A stretch of 61,971 nucleotides of DNA, filler included, from Choristocarpus tenellus KU-1152 (taxonomy: Eukaryota > Protista > Phaeophyceae), in NCBI GenBank assembly GCA_964200185.2. It is 10 parts of 10 records of this genome, joined end to end, with 100 filler letters (N's around TTAATTAATTAA, not from the genome) between each part and the next. Parts side by side here need not be neighbours in the genome. Positions count along the whole stretch, not along the records: positions 30,772 to 45,339 come from CAXNAD020001160.1; positions 45,440 to 49,408 come from CAXNAD020016861.1; positions 49,509 to 54,793 come from CAXNAD020011266.1; 7 more parts are not named here. One strand, 5' to 3'. Shown here piece by piece: positions 38,361-51,638 of the stretch; position 1 is the first letter of the stretch; each line of letters starts with the position of its first letter. Position numbers and translations under genes: made by a program. Under the pieces are notes generated by a model that was not told the origin of the DNA, ran no database searches, and saw only the letters and a list, made by a program, of their open reading frames with translations.

Positions 38361-40046
38361 TCACACCCATGCCTCAATGATGCTGTATCCAATCAAGATC
38401 TCACTGTTCACCTGAAAACACTGCACAAGGGAGGGTGTTGTGTATCATTCCCAGGTCCCACACTGAGAGAAAGCATCACAGAGAGTCGTGCTTCAGATCA
38501 ACAGGGGGAGAACCCCAGCCTTGCCACCGAAACAAGCATTCCAAGCACTGGTGCAGGTGCAGGAATAAGAGATTCACATACACCCATTTACCGATGGCTA
38601 AACTGAGCATAGATTAGGATGCATCCAACGCGAAATCCTATTACGGATGGAAAGCAGAAAATGTGGCACAATAGAATACCAACTCCCTAAGAGGGAAATA
38701 AACTCACCTGGTATAGATTGGAGAGACTTTGGTCAGAGCTCGGTTCAAAAGAATTGTTACAGTAAAGAAACTAGTTGCCGCAGGTTGAGATACAGCAGTT
38801 GAAGTTAACCATGAGGTGGACAGAGAGAAAGGAATAATCTAGTTAAATCAACGACATCCATAGTGAAGGAATATTGTACGAAATGCGTATTCTTGATTGC
38901 ACCTATGTATTCAGTTACTAGACTTGGTCAGTACAGGTTGCTCTTATTATGAGGGGTTATATTTTTTGTGCTGTGCAACTGAGTAACCATGCTGTGCCGA
39001 TACTTGATTCTTCTTTGTGAGTCAAGGTGCTTGAAAGACAGCAGTGTAGTGTGTACTACTTCTGAGTATATGCTATGTTGTACTTGGAAATGAGAGAAAC
39101 AAGGACAATTAAAATGGGCGGATTCCATACTTCATAAAGAAGTCATTGTCTCTCTAGGACAAAGCCCTGAACACCCACAAGTCAACGTAAGTGCAACAAA
39201 ACGTATACAAATGCTTTAAAGTACTCATCTGATCATAATGTGACATCTTGGAAAAGGAGCTGAACCCTTCAACTCTGTCATAAAATTCATGCAAACAAGT
39301 TCAAGCAAAACACGATGTACATGATAGCAAATGGTTAAGTGACAATGCCGTGTATTACAAGTACTGCGCCCCTTTCATCTCACCAGGGGTGTGCCTTCCG
39401 AAAGCTGCAACTGGGTCCGAAGAGAAGCCTGTAGCTGCAAGAGTTCAAAGAGGGGCAAGGACCATCAAACGTCAGTGAGGTTGGACGAGACATGGGGTTA
39501 CCTAACAAAGTCTAGAAAAAGATGGAAGACCAAAAGTTCAAGATAAGCATAATAAATCTTAAATGGACACCTGACCCTTGTATTCTTCTAGAGTCTTGAT
39601 ATTGGAGTTGACCAATTTGTGAAGCAATTGCAGAGTCCAGAAGAGGCACAACCCTTCTGAGGAAAGGAGCAAAAAGATACGACATGGGCCCCCTACGCGC
39701 ACTATATAAAGCGATGATGTGATGAGGCTTGAGCTACACGCTTCCTTGCAGTAATTACCTCAAAGCAAGTCCATGAGCTAGGCACCAAGAACTTCGTCTT
39801 CCTCAAGATGGGGGCGTTGGCAATGGGTTTGAAGTGCACCCTGACTGAGGATCAGTCAGGAAGAGGAAGGTAGAAGGAAAGGGATCGATTAATCAAGGCA
39901 CTGTCAGTCGTGATAGAGAGACTGCTAAGGCGCCAAGACACTAAAGTGCTGGAAGCAGACCTTTCTCAGGGACAGGAGGCAATGATTCAGGTCCAGAATG
40001 TGGGAGGGGAGTTTCGATTGTCTTCGATTCAGCAGGATCACGTTCC
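38361..40046 (-). CDS. ATG12: Ubiquitin-like autophagy protein ATG12 (exons 40046-39961, 39844-39759, 39434-39384, 38770-38708, 38420-38361; start possibly split AT|G with AT at 40174-40173)
   Basis: Five phase-compatible GT-AG exons give ...PEKVRVHFKPIANAPILRKTKFLVPSSWTCFELQASLRTQLQLSEGTPLFLYCNNSFEPSSDQSLSNLYQCFQVNSEILIGYSIIEAWV*, matching the ATG12 pattern APILK..KF / LF.Y.N..F.P..D / LY.CF / Y....AW. Confidence 0.93.
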
Positions 40047-40493
40047 CTGCCATTGCAGAATGGGTTGAGTGTAGATGACGATGACACAAAAAAGGCGAAG
40101 ACGCTCGTCAAGAGTGCTGTATTGGAAAAACTGCCTTATCTGAATAACAAGGTGGGGATTTCAGTAGGGTACATTTCGGAGGTAGTGGAAAGCGCAAGGC
40201 ATTGGCTCGAAATTAAAAAACATTCTGAAGGCAAGCAAACGAAATAAAATAGTAGCTGTGGATGGCGAAAGCGATCCTCCATCCTCACATTCAAATGTCG
40301 AGGTCGGTTGGAGGATTGGAGGATGCCTACCTCAACCTACTTTCTTGAATCCTGCGCGCTACTGGGCATCAACACTGCGCGCCACTTCTTGGGCTCACCC
40401 TTTCTTTGTAGTTACTATGTTGGGAAGGAAAGGGACAGCAGAGCACAACCGTAGGCCCAGGTACCCCATCCGTGTAGGAAGGAATTTGATCTC

Positions 40494-43400
40494 ATGTTGA
40501 AGTCGTTGATCTGGGGGTCCAGCGGGTCATCCCTGTTCGGTAAGGCAAAGCCAACTAATCTTACAAAAGTCATTTGAATTTGGATACACCATCTATTACA
40601 CTGTCCGTACTATGAAACTCTGATGCGCAGAGGACAATGGAGATACCTCTGGTACCGGAGCTGAGGCGGAGATCAATAACCGTGTAAGAGACCTTGATCA
40701 TGAAGAAGCTCTAGGCCTCGCCTTGGAATGGGGAGCAACCCAAGCCCATACTCATGGAGAGCACGCAGTTACGAAGACAGATGACCCCTTCCTAAACAAT
40801 GATCCCGAGTTTGTGCTATCCTTTGCCCAAACGACGGAAGAAAAGGGTGGATTCGATGTCCTTCCGAGACCTCTCAATACCAGACTCACCGGGAGGCACC
40901 ACAGGCTACATATGGAACACGTTCGAAGGTTGACACGGTCCATGATGGCTGCTCACGACTGTGCGGGCGTGGCCCAGGCACTTGCTACGCTTCACCTTTT
41001 GGCTGGTGGCTTCGATCCGGACGTCTACCGATATACAGTGTCAATACTCAGACGATCTGGTGATCACAAAGTGCGTGGAGACTAGCTTGCACGCTCGGTT
41101 TAGTTGAATAACCAGAGGATACAACAGGGTTGATGGAGAAGGGATGGAGAGTAGCTTCTTAGGTTCTGTTGTCTAGGTGGAATCTCAATGCAATGGTGTT
41201 TTCAATTACACGGTCTATTGCACATAGAGGTGTGCTACGAATGCAGGATGAAAACTATGCTTGGATCGTCGTTGGTTCTACTCTGCTCACGCACTGCAAA
41301 ACCGAATATCTGAGGGAGTTGCTGCTTCCTTTCCCTGACTGTCGTAAACATGCTCAGAGGACAATCATGTACTTTCGTAAGATTCTGGGGACTAGAACCC
41401 GCTTTGTTAACCAGACCATGGGTGAGGAGACAAGGGGAATCATCCGCGACTTTGTGAATTACCTGGTGGACAAACAACGGTATAGGGATGCCTTGGAAGC
41501 GTTCAAGGTGAGTATCTGCACGTGATGGTCAGGTAGTGAATGGATGGCGTGCTTCATGTATAGAAATATTTTTAATCTCCCTTGATTGTGGAATTATTTC
41601 ATCTTGTTGTATTCCCGGTACCAATTACCAACACATTGTACTTCCTTCACACAACACCTCACCTGTTGCAGGGGATCTTCGAGAGTTCTACCCACTACCT
41701 CAGGAGAGACCCTCAGCTACAAGCTCATGCTGCAATCATTCGCTTGGGAGTGTCCTTGCTTGAAAGTGCCTATGCAACCAAGGGTCTAGATCAAGAGGTT
41801 AGGAAGCAGGCAGAGGAGAGATCAGAAGACGAGGATGAGCAAGATGAAAGAGGAAAGGAAACAACAGAGATTGAGCTAGTGCGTATCCCTGACCTTCACA
41901 GGCCCCTACCCCTTGTAGAACCCCTGCAAGAATGCCTGAAAGGCGGTCCCGGGGGGCATGAACGTGCTCGCCTGCATGCCATTGAAGCTCAGAAACTGCT
42001 CTCAATGGCAGCATCAGCCAACCCTGGAGATACAAGTGTGGCAGTCTACAAAGCCATCCTTGCAGCAGCATCAGGTAATGTGGAAACTGGTGTATCTGAC
42101 CTAGAGAATTTTGTAGTCCGAAACCCTGGCCCCAGCAATATCAAGGCACGAGCCACCCTTGTGGGTCTCCTTGAGTTGGAGAGAGAGGGAAAGATTGGGA
42201 GATCACATAAGTGTGATGTGGGTGGAGGAAAGAGTGATCAGAACCAGCATCAGGAATTCACATCAGCCAGGCTTGTCTGTGCCCTCAAGGATTGGCTGGT
42301 GGCGGATCCTCTTGAGGCACAGGCTGCTCTAGGTCTCGAAGAGCTTTTTTGGTCCAGTGGGTCCAACGATGTTATTGATGAGGAATGGCTGATTAAAGCG
42401 CTGGTCTCGCAGATTGAGGTCCATTGCACCAGTCAGAACACGGCCGCATTAGCCTTGAAGCTGTGGGAAGCACTGGCACGTGTGCTGGGACCACTACGGG
42501 TTCAGGATTCCCCGACACCACTGGCAGCAGTGCCAAGGCCAGCAAGGTGCAAGGAGGAGAGCGCGGAAGGGGGGGATGTACCAGGTGAAGGTCTGTCTGC
42601 CTGTAGTGGGGCAAAAATGGTTCTGCTTGACCGACTGCCCCTGGCTGGAACAGTGCATGCCGCACTGTATGGAAATGATCGTCCCTGGGGGGATACGGAC
42701 CTTGATGCTGCTGCTGCTGCTGCTGCACCAATCAAAGTCACCTCTGGCCTGCCAAGTGTGCCTGTGACTCATCCGTGGTTGGAGGGTTTGGACCTTGGTT
42801 GGTGGAGTGATGTGTTCTTTGGTGCAGAAGAGGTCTTGTCGAGGGCGAGCAGGAATAGAATAATCGATGGGAGGGACAAGGGCAAAGGTAGAGGCAGCGA
42901 ATGCATTAGTCAGGATGGCTTTGACGATGAACCTTGGTGCAGGTGGGTGTCATGGGGTGAGTTTGTGCACGTACTCTCAAGGGTTGTTGTGTGTAAGCAG
43001 GAGGACGAAGGAGAAGAATAAGGCCTCCTCAGGCACGTATTAAGTTCTGGCAAGTGAGGTCTAGCAGGCTGATACATGGAAAGGCAAATTTGGGTGCTGG
43101 GATGTGATGTGATCTGTCTGAACACAACCTGGAAGAGTAAAACATGAGCATCATTTGTTACTGGGAGACTATCATCCTTCTTTTGTGCACTCCCTTCCCC
43201 CACTTTCTTCCCCCCTCCCCCCCCCAAACCTACTCTATAGTTCAATTTTGTTTGCTAACATCATGCTACTCCCGTTATGCACACCTCTGAAGCGAGGACG
43301 AGGATTGTGTAGTTGGTGATGTTGCTGAAGCTATAGGTCATCGCACATGCCTAGCAGAGGGTGGCGATGGTGGCCTTCTTTACTACTTTCCCCCAGAGGA

Positions 43401-43600
43401 TGGTGGTGCAGGCCCAGATCTGCGTCGAGGACAGGATGGGGAGAGAGGTGGGGAGGGGCGAGCAAGAGCTCAAAAGAGGAGAAGGGAAGAATCGAGCAAT
43501 GGTGATGGAGGGAAAGGAGAAGAAGGGAGAGGTGGACTGTCCCCAGGAGGAAGAGGAAGAGGAGGAAACAGTGGTCTCTCTCTAGAGAGGAAGAAGAGGA
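40494..43600 (+). CDS. Unidentified helical/TPR-like protein, multi-exon
   Basis: Exons ~40494-40539, 40631-41070, ~41300-41507 and 41672-~43000 (long open frame), plus later segments; weak unverified resemblance to Pol I factor TAF1A/Rrn11. Confidence 0.6.
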
Positions 43601-45168
43601 AGCGAGAGAAGAAGGAGGAGAAAAGGAGGAGAAAGGAGGAGAGGAAGAAACGGAAGGAGGAGGAGGAGGAGAGAAAAAAAAAAAGGAAGGAGAAAAAAAG
43701 GAAGCGCGGTGTGGAGGGGAAAGAGTTGCCAAGAACAGACAAAGAACAGGCAGAGGTGAAGCGGGATGGAGGGGGGGACCTCTGTACAGGGATGGGGACA
43801 GAGCCGGGATCTATGGACTCGGTCACGCAGCGACTGCTGATGGGAGTCAAGAAAGTGGAAGAGATGGAAAGTACTGGAGGCGCATCTGCAGCGACTGTGA
43901 GTCGTACGGTGTTGTTGCTCGCAGCCTTTCCTCCACTCCCCTGCCCCCTTTTCCTCCCTGTTTTGCTAACCCTAACCCTGATCCTAACCTCGATCCTATG
44001 CGTTTTTGTTGAGGGGAGGAGGATTTATTTCTTTGTGGACGCAGTACGTTTTGGATTACTCCAGATTGTACCTTCTTTTCAAAGTACTCAAGTCCTGTAA
44101 GTGAATACGGCGAGGTGGCCTGCCTGCATCGTGGTGTTATTTTTTGTGTTGTTGTCGTTGTTTTGTTTTTATTATTATTATTATTATTATTTATTTATTT
44201 TTAGGTTACTCTTGACATGGTGTCGTACGATTCTCGATCGGGGGGGTATTTCAAGCTCATTCCCCTAACCCTTTTGCACAGGGACTGCTCATGTGCTGAA
44301 TTGGGTTGTATATCGAAGAATCCAATCAGATCAGATCGGCACAGAGCAGCAGTGTGGTGCCTCCTTCTGTTGACAAGGGGGGAAACAACAACAACAACAA
44401 AAGCCTACTTCTTGCGTGATGTCCTTTCTTATCTCTCTCTCCTTGTCGCTGGGCAGAAAGGTGAGCGAGAGGCTGGAGAAGCTGCACATGTGATTGTCAG
44501 CAAAAATTTAAAAGAATCGGAGGCCATACTGACCAGGGCCTCGACAGGTCCACTTCCGGGTGGTGGCGAGAAAAGCAGTAAGGGTGACGGTGAGAGGAAA
44601 AACTTCGAGCGAGGTTAAGTAACTGACGTACTTAACCTTTTAACCTCTTACGAGGAGTGCTCTCTTCTTTTCTTTTCTTTTCTTTTCAAGGCATGGTGTG
44701 CATTGTAAATGACCCCAAGAAGAGGAGTACATAAGGATTGTTGAAGGTAGCGAGTGGGTTTTGTACGCCTTGGTGTGGCATGGTTGCGCAGGATGACTGC
44801 TGAGAGGCAAGGAGAACCTTCTCGCTGGGACGAGTTGTTTTGTTGGCGTGGAAGGAGTGTCGACTCCAAGTCAGAGCTTCTCTTTTTTGTTTTCTTGCTC
44901 GTGTCGTTGAGGCCCCTCTAGGTTGGCTTTCTTCAAATCATCTCAAGGTCATCAAGGTATAGAAGCAGTCAAGGGTCTCTTGAAATTATGTTTACGATGC
45001 AAGATAGGTGAAACAGTCCGCCTGCCTGGAATACACCGGCTCTTTCATCTCTAGTCACCCAAAGTCGCCAGACTGTGACTGCTCTCACCCAATTATGGCT
45101 CTCTTGCCCCCCACCTCCTTGAATGCTGTTCCTTGGCTTGCCCCCGGTTGTGTTGAGCATTTGTCCCT

Positions 45169-45337
45169 GACCCAAAGTATCTGGGGGGTGGGGGGGTCTA
45201 CACCAGGGTGTCCATTTGGGTCAAAATCAGGAAAGGTGCACTCACATTTCCCATCCAATGAATGTAACCGAATCACACAAGAATTGCCCGAAATGGACAG
45301 ACACCACCCTCCCCCCCCTCTCCAGATACTTTGGGGC
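45169..45337. mobile_element. MITE family A, full copy
   Basis: GACCCAAAGTATCTGGGGGG...CCAGATACTTTGGGGC; left flank CCT, right flank CC then gap. Confidence 0.85.
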
Positions 45338-46205
45338 CCNNNNNNNNNNNNNNNNNNNNNNNNNNNNNNNNNNNNNNNNNNNNTTAATTAATTAANNNNN
45401 NNNNNNNNNNNNNNNNNNNNNNNNNNNNNNNNNNNNNNNGGGGGGTAGAGGGTAAAGGCCCACTACAAGGAAATAGACAAAAAAAACGAGATCAGAGGCA
45501 CGTAAAAGCAGAAGAAACTTGTGACAGGAACAACCAGACAAAAAAGAGGAATCTTATTATTACTACTATTTGTTGAATGCAAAGGATCAAACTTATGTGT
45601 ATGCGAGAGTCTGCCTGTATGTCAACACCAGGGATGAAAAATACAAGATTATTTACTTGGGCACCAGCACTCTCCAGTTGTCCCATTGCCATTGCATGGC
45701 TTGAGTCCTCACTATAATGCTCTCACTAGTACAGCAAAGGTTACGTACGTACAACTCAGGCACTAAAAAAAAAAGAAAGTTCAAAACCAAGAACAGTATC
45801 AACAAAGACAACTTCTGTGCTACACACACGCCTACCATATAATACAAGAACCATCACCCTAAACTCTCTCTCTCCCTCAAACGTGTCCATGAAAACATCA
45901 TGTGTGAGAATAATAAAATAATTGAACCTGTCACACGATAATCTAAAAATAAAATAATTGTACTCTATAATATCAACAGACATGGCTGTATCGCAGATAA
46001 CACATAAATCCCATTCATTCTTCTCACTTCTAGAACATCACATCTTTCATACATAGGGCCATATGGCTGTCCCACAAGCAATCAGATCTATCAACACATC
46101 ATTATCATTACTAATGCAACAAACTATTCATCTCCTAAACCAATCATCTCACATCCCGCTCACTAAAAGAACCCAATACCCCCAACAAAAAAACACTACA
46201 AGCAC

Positions 46206-48896
46206 CTCACCATTCTCATCCTCCACAATCAACACCTCCTCCGGCTTGGCCATCCTGGTGATCAAGACGTGTCTCATCTTTGTCAACGATCCACTGTAAA
46301 CACTCCTACGAAAGCTTGGTGCTCCTGCCAATCCCAACCCCAATCCCAACGGAACCTGAGTCGGAAACCGAACCTGATCCTGAAAAAAAAGAAACAAAAT
46401 AGAAATAAAAAAAACACACACACAAACACAACCAAACCAATAGCACCATTACTGTTATTAATATCATTATGAGGTCACACACCAAAGGAGCACATACATG
46501 CTAGAGCAGATTTTCATTTTTCTTTTTAAATTCTTAACGTAGCAATACTCAGAGCAATACTATCACAATTGCTAGTGCTATCCAATTTGGGGGAAGATGG
46601 GTGAAAGGGCAAGAGGTATATACATATATACATACATACATAAAGTAGGTGTCACCACAAACATCAGAAAACAGGTTACAAAAAACGGTTGGTGCATTAT
46701 CCAATTTTTTTTGGTATCAGTTCTTTCAACAACAAAAAAATCTTAACTCTTGTAAAAAGAAAAACTAACACAATAACATTTTTGTTTCGACAAACAATAC
46801 ACAATCCCATCGTAAAAAATACTATATATAGAAAATTTCTTTCCAATAAAAAAACATAAAACATGAGCACAACATGGGTTTCAGGCTTAGGGACAGATTA
46901 TTATATTACTTTTTCCAAATAAACACCTTCCTGTTTCCCCCAGTGAAGAACACACAACACAAACGACACGGATTCTAAGAACGATTTTTATTTTTCATAT
47001 ACACACACATATATAAAAGTTTAATGTCTGTAAATACATCAGTCATCATGTACATTATATCGCAGTTCCCCAACAGGGGCATCAAACTCAACTGCTTTAC
47101 TGTCCTTCAGCAGAGGTATACTGTTTTAAAATCCTACTACTTCATCAGTTCAGTTCCTTCAATGCACACCACACCACATATGATACAGTTGACACCCAAA
47201 CAAGAACCACACCATGGCACCTGGTACAGGTCCTGGCTGAAGTGGTGATAGAAGTCCAAACAGATCTTGAAGATCTCATCATCCGGTACCTCAGATATTC
47301 GAACCTGAGGTACAGGTACAGGTACAGGTAAAGGTACAGGTACATCATCACCAACAAAAAAAGGATAAAAAATAACACAGCATTATACCACTCGTCATTG
47401 TTCTTCCGGATTACAACCTATGTACCACAATTGACAAGAAAGGGTACACTACCAATGTCATTTATTCCTCTCCATCAGACACAGTCGATCATCTGTACAT
47501 TGCAGGCGTTTCTCCAGCAAACAAAATAAACAAAAAACCCGATACAGTTTAGATGTACAACCAATGAGACCTATGCAGCACTACTATCCCTGTCAGCTGC
47601 ACAGCAGAACAATGAAAAAAAAAGCAAAATAGAGCCAGTTACAATTAAAAAGGAGAACGCATCACACAGGTACAAAAACTACTACCACCATAGGTACTAT
47701 TTACAAAACTCGATAAACAAAAAATATAGAAAACAAAAAAGTTAAAAGTATACAATTTTCTTTCAGTTCATAAATGACACAATACTCATATTTATCCTTT
47801 TACAACACAGTAGTTAAGGAATAGGCAGCAGTCACTCACCAGGTAATCCATCCCTGCCAACAACAGCTCTTGCGTCTCCCGACTTTCCAACACACTCAGG
47901 TGTGACTTCATGAAGCCTAACAAAAAATATACACACACACACACAAGGTCAAATAAATTAATAAATAAAAAGATATATATCGTTCAACATCGCACATTGT
48001 TAAAAATATAAAAATATAAATATATATACACACACACACACACACCAAAAAGTGATATACTACCTCAAAAAGAGAGGGCTGTCATACCTTTTGGGCGATA
48101 GGTTCAGGAACAAAAGTGCAAATAGTAAACTACAGCTGCATAGTATAGTATACTTCGCTAGAACATGAGAGCTGCATATATATGCATCTGTACTGCACGA
48201 ATCTGGGTGGAAGCACTAGTCACTTCTGTGTAAGATTTCGGAACAAACCCTAACCCTAACCCTAACCGCACAAACCCTAACCCGACTGCTGTGTAGAGGC
48301 ATAAAATGTGTTTTTGAGCACAATTAGTAAAACCTTCTGGAGGATGTACACTCAGACTTAACAATGTGTCATACATTGCCCGATGAAGGAAGAAACTTCA
48401 CCAGGAGATAGAAACTGTCACTTACCTCTCTACATCCATACAGAATAGGACTTCACCTTTCAACAATAGTAGGAAAAAGAAAAGCTACTAAAAAGGGCAC
48501 AAAGAAAGGAACATAGCTCAACACCAGCACTACTAGCAATGCAACAACCACAGAACAAAAACCAATACATCCCAGGGTTAACACCAATTAAATAAAAAAT
48601 AAAAATACCACTCCTATTCACTAAACAAATCAATAATGGCAACAACTCTTGCATCAGAACCACTCCATAAACAAGTAAAATGAATTAATCCCAGAGTACC
48701 ACAAACTCTTGAAGTCGACTTACTGTGTAGACATCTTCACGAGACACTTGCTAAAAAAAGGAAAGAAAAAGGTAGTAGTACCCCTACCGACCCAATTGGA
48801 GACAGTACATTCTTAACCTAAACTTCTGAAACGATTTTTTTTTCACTACAACACAAAACAGCAGCGCTATTAAAAAAAACTCCTAAACACTGCATT

Positions 48897-48955
<59 letters not shown>

Positions 48956-49098
48956 CAACAACAAACACAAAACGTAAAATTTTACACTTATTTTTCTTTC
49001 GTACCGGTGAAGAACAGCGCCAACTTCTTCAGGAAAACCTGCTCCACCTCGGTGGCCTTCTCAAAAGGACCCGCCAAGTCCACATCCGGCTTGATCAC
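46206..49098 (-). CDS. XPO1: Exportin-1 (CRM1), internal exons 49098-49005, 47916-47840, 47304-47221, 46379-46206
   Basis: EQVFLKKLALFFTGFMKSHL; ISEVPDDEIFKICLDFY; RHVLITRMAKPEEVLIVEDENGE (CRM1 signature); phases compatible. Confidence 0.95.
48901..48952. repeat. (AG)n microsatellite in an intron
   Basis: Perfect AG run; other microsatellites at 26811-26843 (ATCAT), 29041-29079 (ACT), 55415-55471 (TAA). Confidence 0.95.
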
Positions 49099-49331
49099 CT
49101 GAGACAACTGCATGAGCAATAAACAAAACAACACATCACATTATATCATACCAAAAGAAAGAAAAAAAATCACCGATATATTCATTCAACAGCCACAACC
49201 ACCTCTACAACCTCAACCTCCCCCCCCCCTTAACCAAAAAGTCTTCCATCTCTCTAAACATACCATACTAACAAACACTACCAACGGGCTGACTGGCATC
49301 TTACTCAGGCCCTTTGAGGTATGATCCCCTC

Positions 49332-49377
<46 letters not shown>

Positions 49378-50104
49378 ACCCCCCACGACGCGACCCACAA
49401 CAGTCAGGNNNNNNNNNNNNNNNNNNNNNNNNNNNNNNNNNNNNNNNNNNNNTTAATTAATTAANNNNNNNNNNNNNNNNNNNNNNNNNNNNNNNNNNNN
49501 NNNNNNNNGTTGCCGGGCCAGGACTGTATTCAAACCCAACAAAATACATACACATAAGGTCAGAGCACCCTACAGTACTTGGTGTAAAAGAGGAGTGTCA
49601 ATATGCACCTTGTAACCCAATCTTCCTAAAATTTCGATAACCAAACACCTGTATACTCCAAAAGTATGGGAGTAGCTTGTATGACCCAAATATCTGACAC
49701 ACATCGGGTTAAGATAATGCCCAACCCCAGTGATTTTACCTCCAACGTTGCCCAAGAATGTTCACTCTAATTTGATCCATAACCAACAAGATTCAGGATA
49801 ATGCCTGGGGTCAAATTCATGTAACGGACTGTTTCCAGGACAATAGTCTGAATAATGTACTCTCTAATTTCTGGTGTGTGGACAACAGTTTAGTTGCATG
49901 TAACACTAAAGTGATCAAGTTGTATTGCGCAAGTATAATGTTATGGATGTGTGGAATATTAAGTTGAATGACATCAAAGTGCCCTTCAATCATCTACTGC
50001 TCAGTATAGTATCAATACTAGTCACACCTAACCTCCAACTTACAACTGCTCACAACCATTAAATTTTCCCTTGAACACCAGGCTCTGCACCAGGGAGTTC
50101 TGAC

Positions 50105-51420
50105 CTGATGCTTGGTCGTCCTCCAAAGGTCTCATGGCTGTATTAACCAACACGGGAATCACCCACTGCTCCCACACCACCTTCTCCTCCTTGAGCATCA
50201 GCCCGAATATAGACTTCTTCACCTGAGGTGAAACCGGAAAGAAGCGGTGCGTGTGTGCGTATTTGTATGTGTATGGCAGGCATACTTGGGGCTAATAAGA
50301 AAATGTTCGTAATCAATGAGATACGATCACACTGCTTCACATAATTGGAGCTGAGTCCCACGAAAATTGCGTGTGCCCTCATCTCACTCTTCGCATGAAG
50401 AAGCTAATGGTTATCCACCCCTTGGCAAGATCCGGTCCAGCTGGAGAGAGGCTCTGCCAAAAACCTTCCATCGCCCCATCCACCTGTGTGGGAGTATGCA
50501 GTGTAGCGTTTCGTGGTGAGTAGCTCGAGGCTATTGTAGGTACGCACAGTATGCTGTCAAAACAACGTGCCACACCATAAGGTTGATAAAGATGAGACAA
50601 GTGAACTCGTTCATTTCTTAACCTGAAGAAACTCCATCTGCACTCACCGACTTGTCAACATCCACAGCTCCGCAACGGGCGAACGACAAGTTGAAGTTAT
50701 CGCAGTGCGACTACACATCGTTCGGTGCCATCGTGCCATTAACATGCCCAAGGGCATTTGTCGCACCCCAGCGCCGAATTTCCCAGTTATGTGGAAGGTG
50801 TACGCAAGGTCGAGATCGTTCGCCCGTTGTTGATGTATTGTAGGCGAAGATTCGAGGTGAAACAAATACGCATGGTGAGTGAGAGACATCATAGGGTCGT
50901 GAGATGAAGATAGAAGCAAACTGTTTTCGAAGCCCCAGAGTGGGCTTAACACAGCTTTGCTCGACGTTGAGCCAATTAGGTGATTTGAACTGAGTGGTAC
51001 ATGCATTACGAAGTACGACCCATTACCCCAAAGGCAACATTCTCCCGTTCCCCTCCGACCCACTTGCACTCATCGCCCACCTCTCGAGGACGTAGAGCAC
51101 CCGGTGCTCGAATGAAGAGGACAGTATGTAGCAGGCATTGCAAGGCATCTCGAACGTAGTACTCGTGCAGTTCCTGTCCCAGAGGAAAAATGGCGAAAGA
51201 GGCGCTAATAAGTAAACAATGATGGGTATCTCGATACAACCTAGAAAAGTACGTCTCGGCTCCGGGCTGACTGCACCAACCAGTGGCGGCGCCAAGATGC
51301 AACTATAATCCCCAAGGTATGAGTTCCCTACATCTTGGACAGTGAAGGAAATGAGTGGGATATTGCAAGAGGATTGGAAGAACGTACCAGTTCCTCGAGA
51401 ACGTGCTCCTTCAGATTCAT
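50105..51420 (-). CDS. ATG101: Autophagy protein ATG101 (HORMA), exons 51420-51388, 51173-51081, 50710-50648, 50483-50388, 50222-50105; 3' end missing
   Basis: MNLKEHVLEELELHEYYVRDALQCLLHTVLFIRAPG...SHCDNFNLSFARC...ITISFFMRRVKKSIFG...EEKVVWEQWVIPV matches LHT.L..R and WE.W of ATG101. Confidence 0.88.
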
Positions 51421-51638
51421 GGACCTCAACAGAAATGGAGGGGCAGCGAGAGAGGGATGCTATAATACACTAATCTTCTGTCCTCCTCGCTGAAAACTTT
51501 CCTGCTACAAGCAGTGCAACGGCAATTCTCAATTCTCCGTTCTTCGTTCTCTGTTCCCCATTCTACGTTCAGTCATCACTCTGTTTAGAGAGAGTTAAAA
51601 GAGAGTAGAGGACCCTAGAAACGCCGACTAAACGGAAT

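Noticed and set aside
38361-51420. Autophagy gene cluster (ATG12 + ATG101)
   Set aside because: They are on different contigs separated by two artificial spacers; linkage is unsupported.
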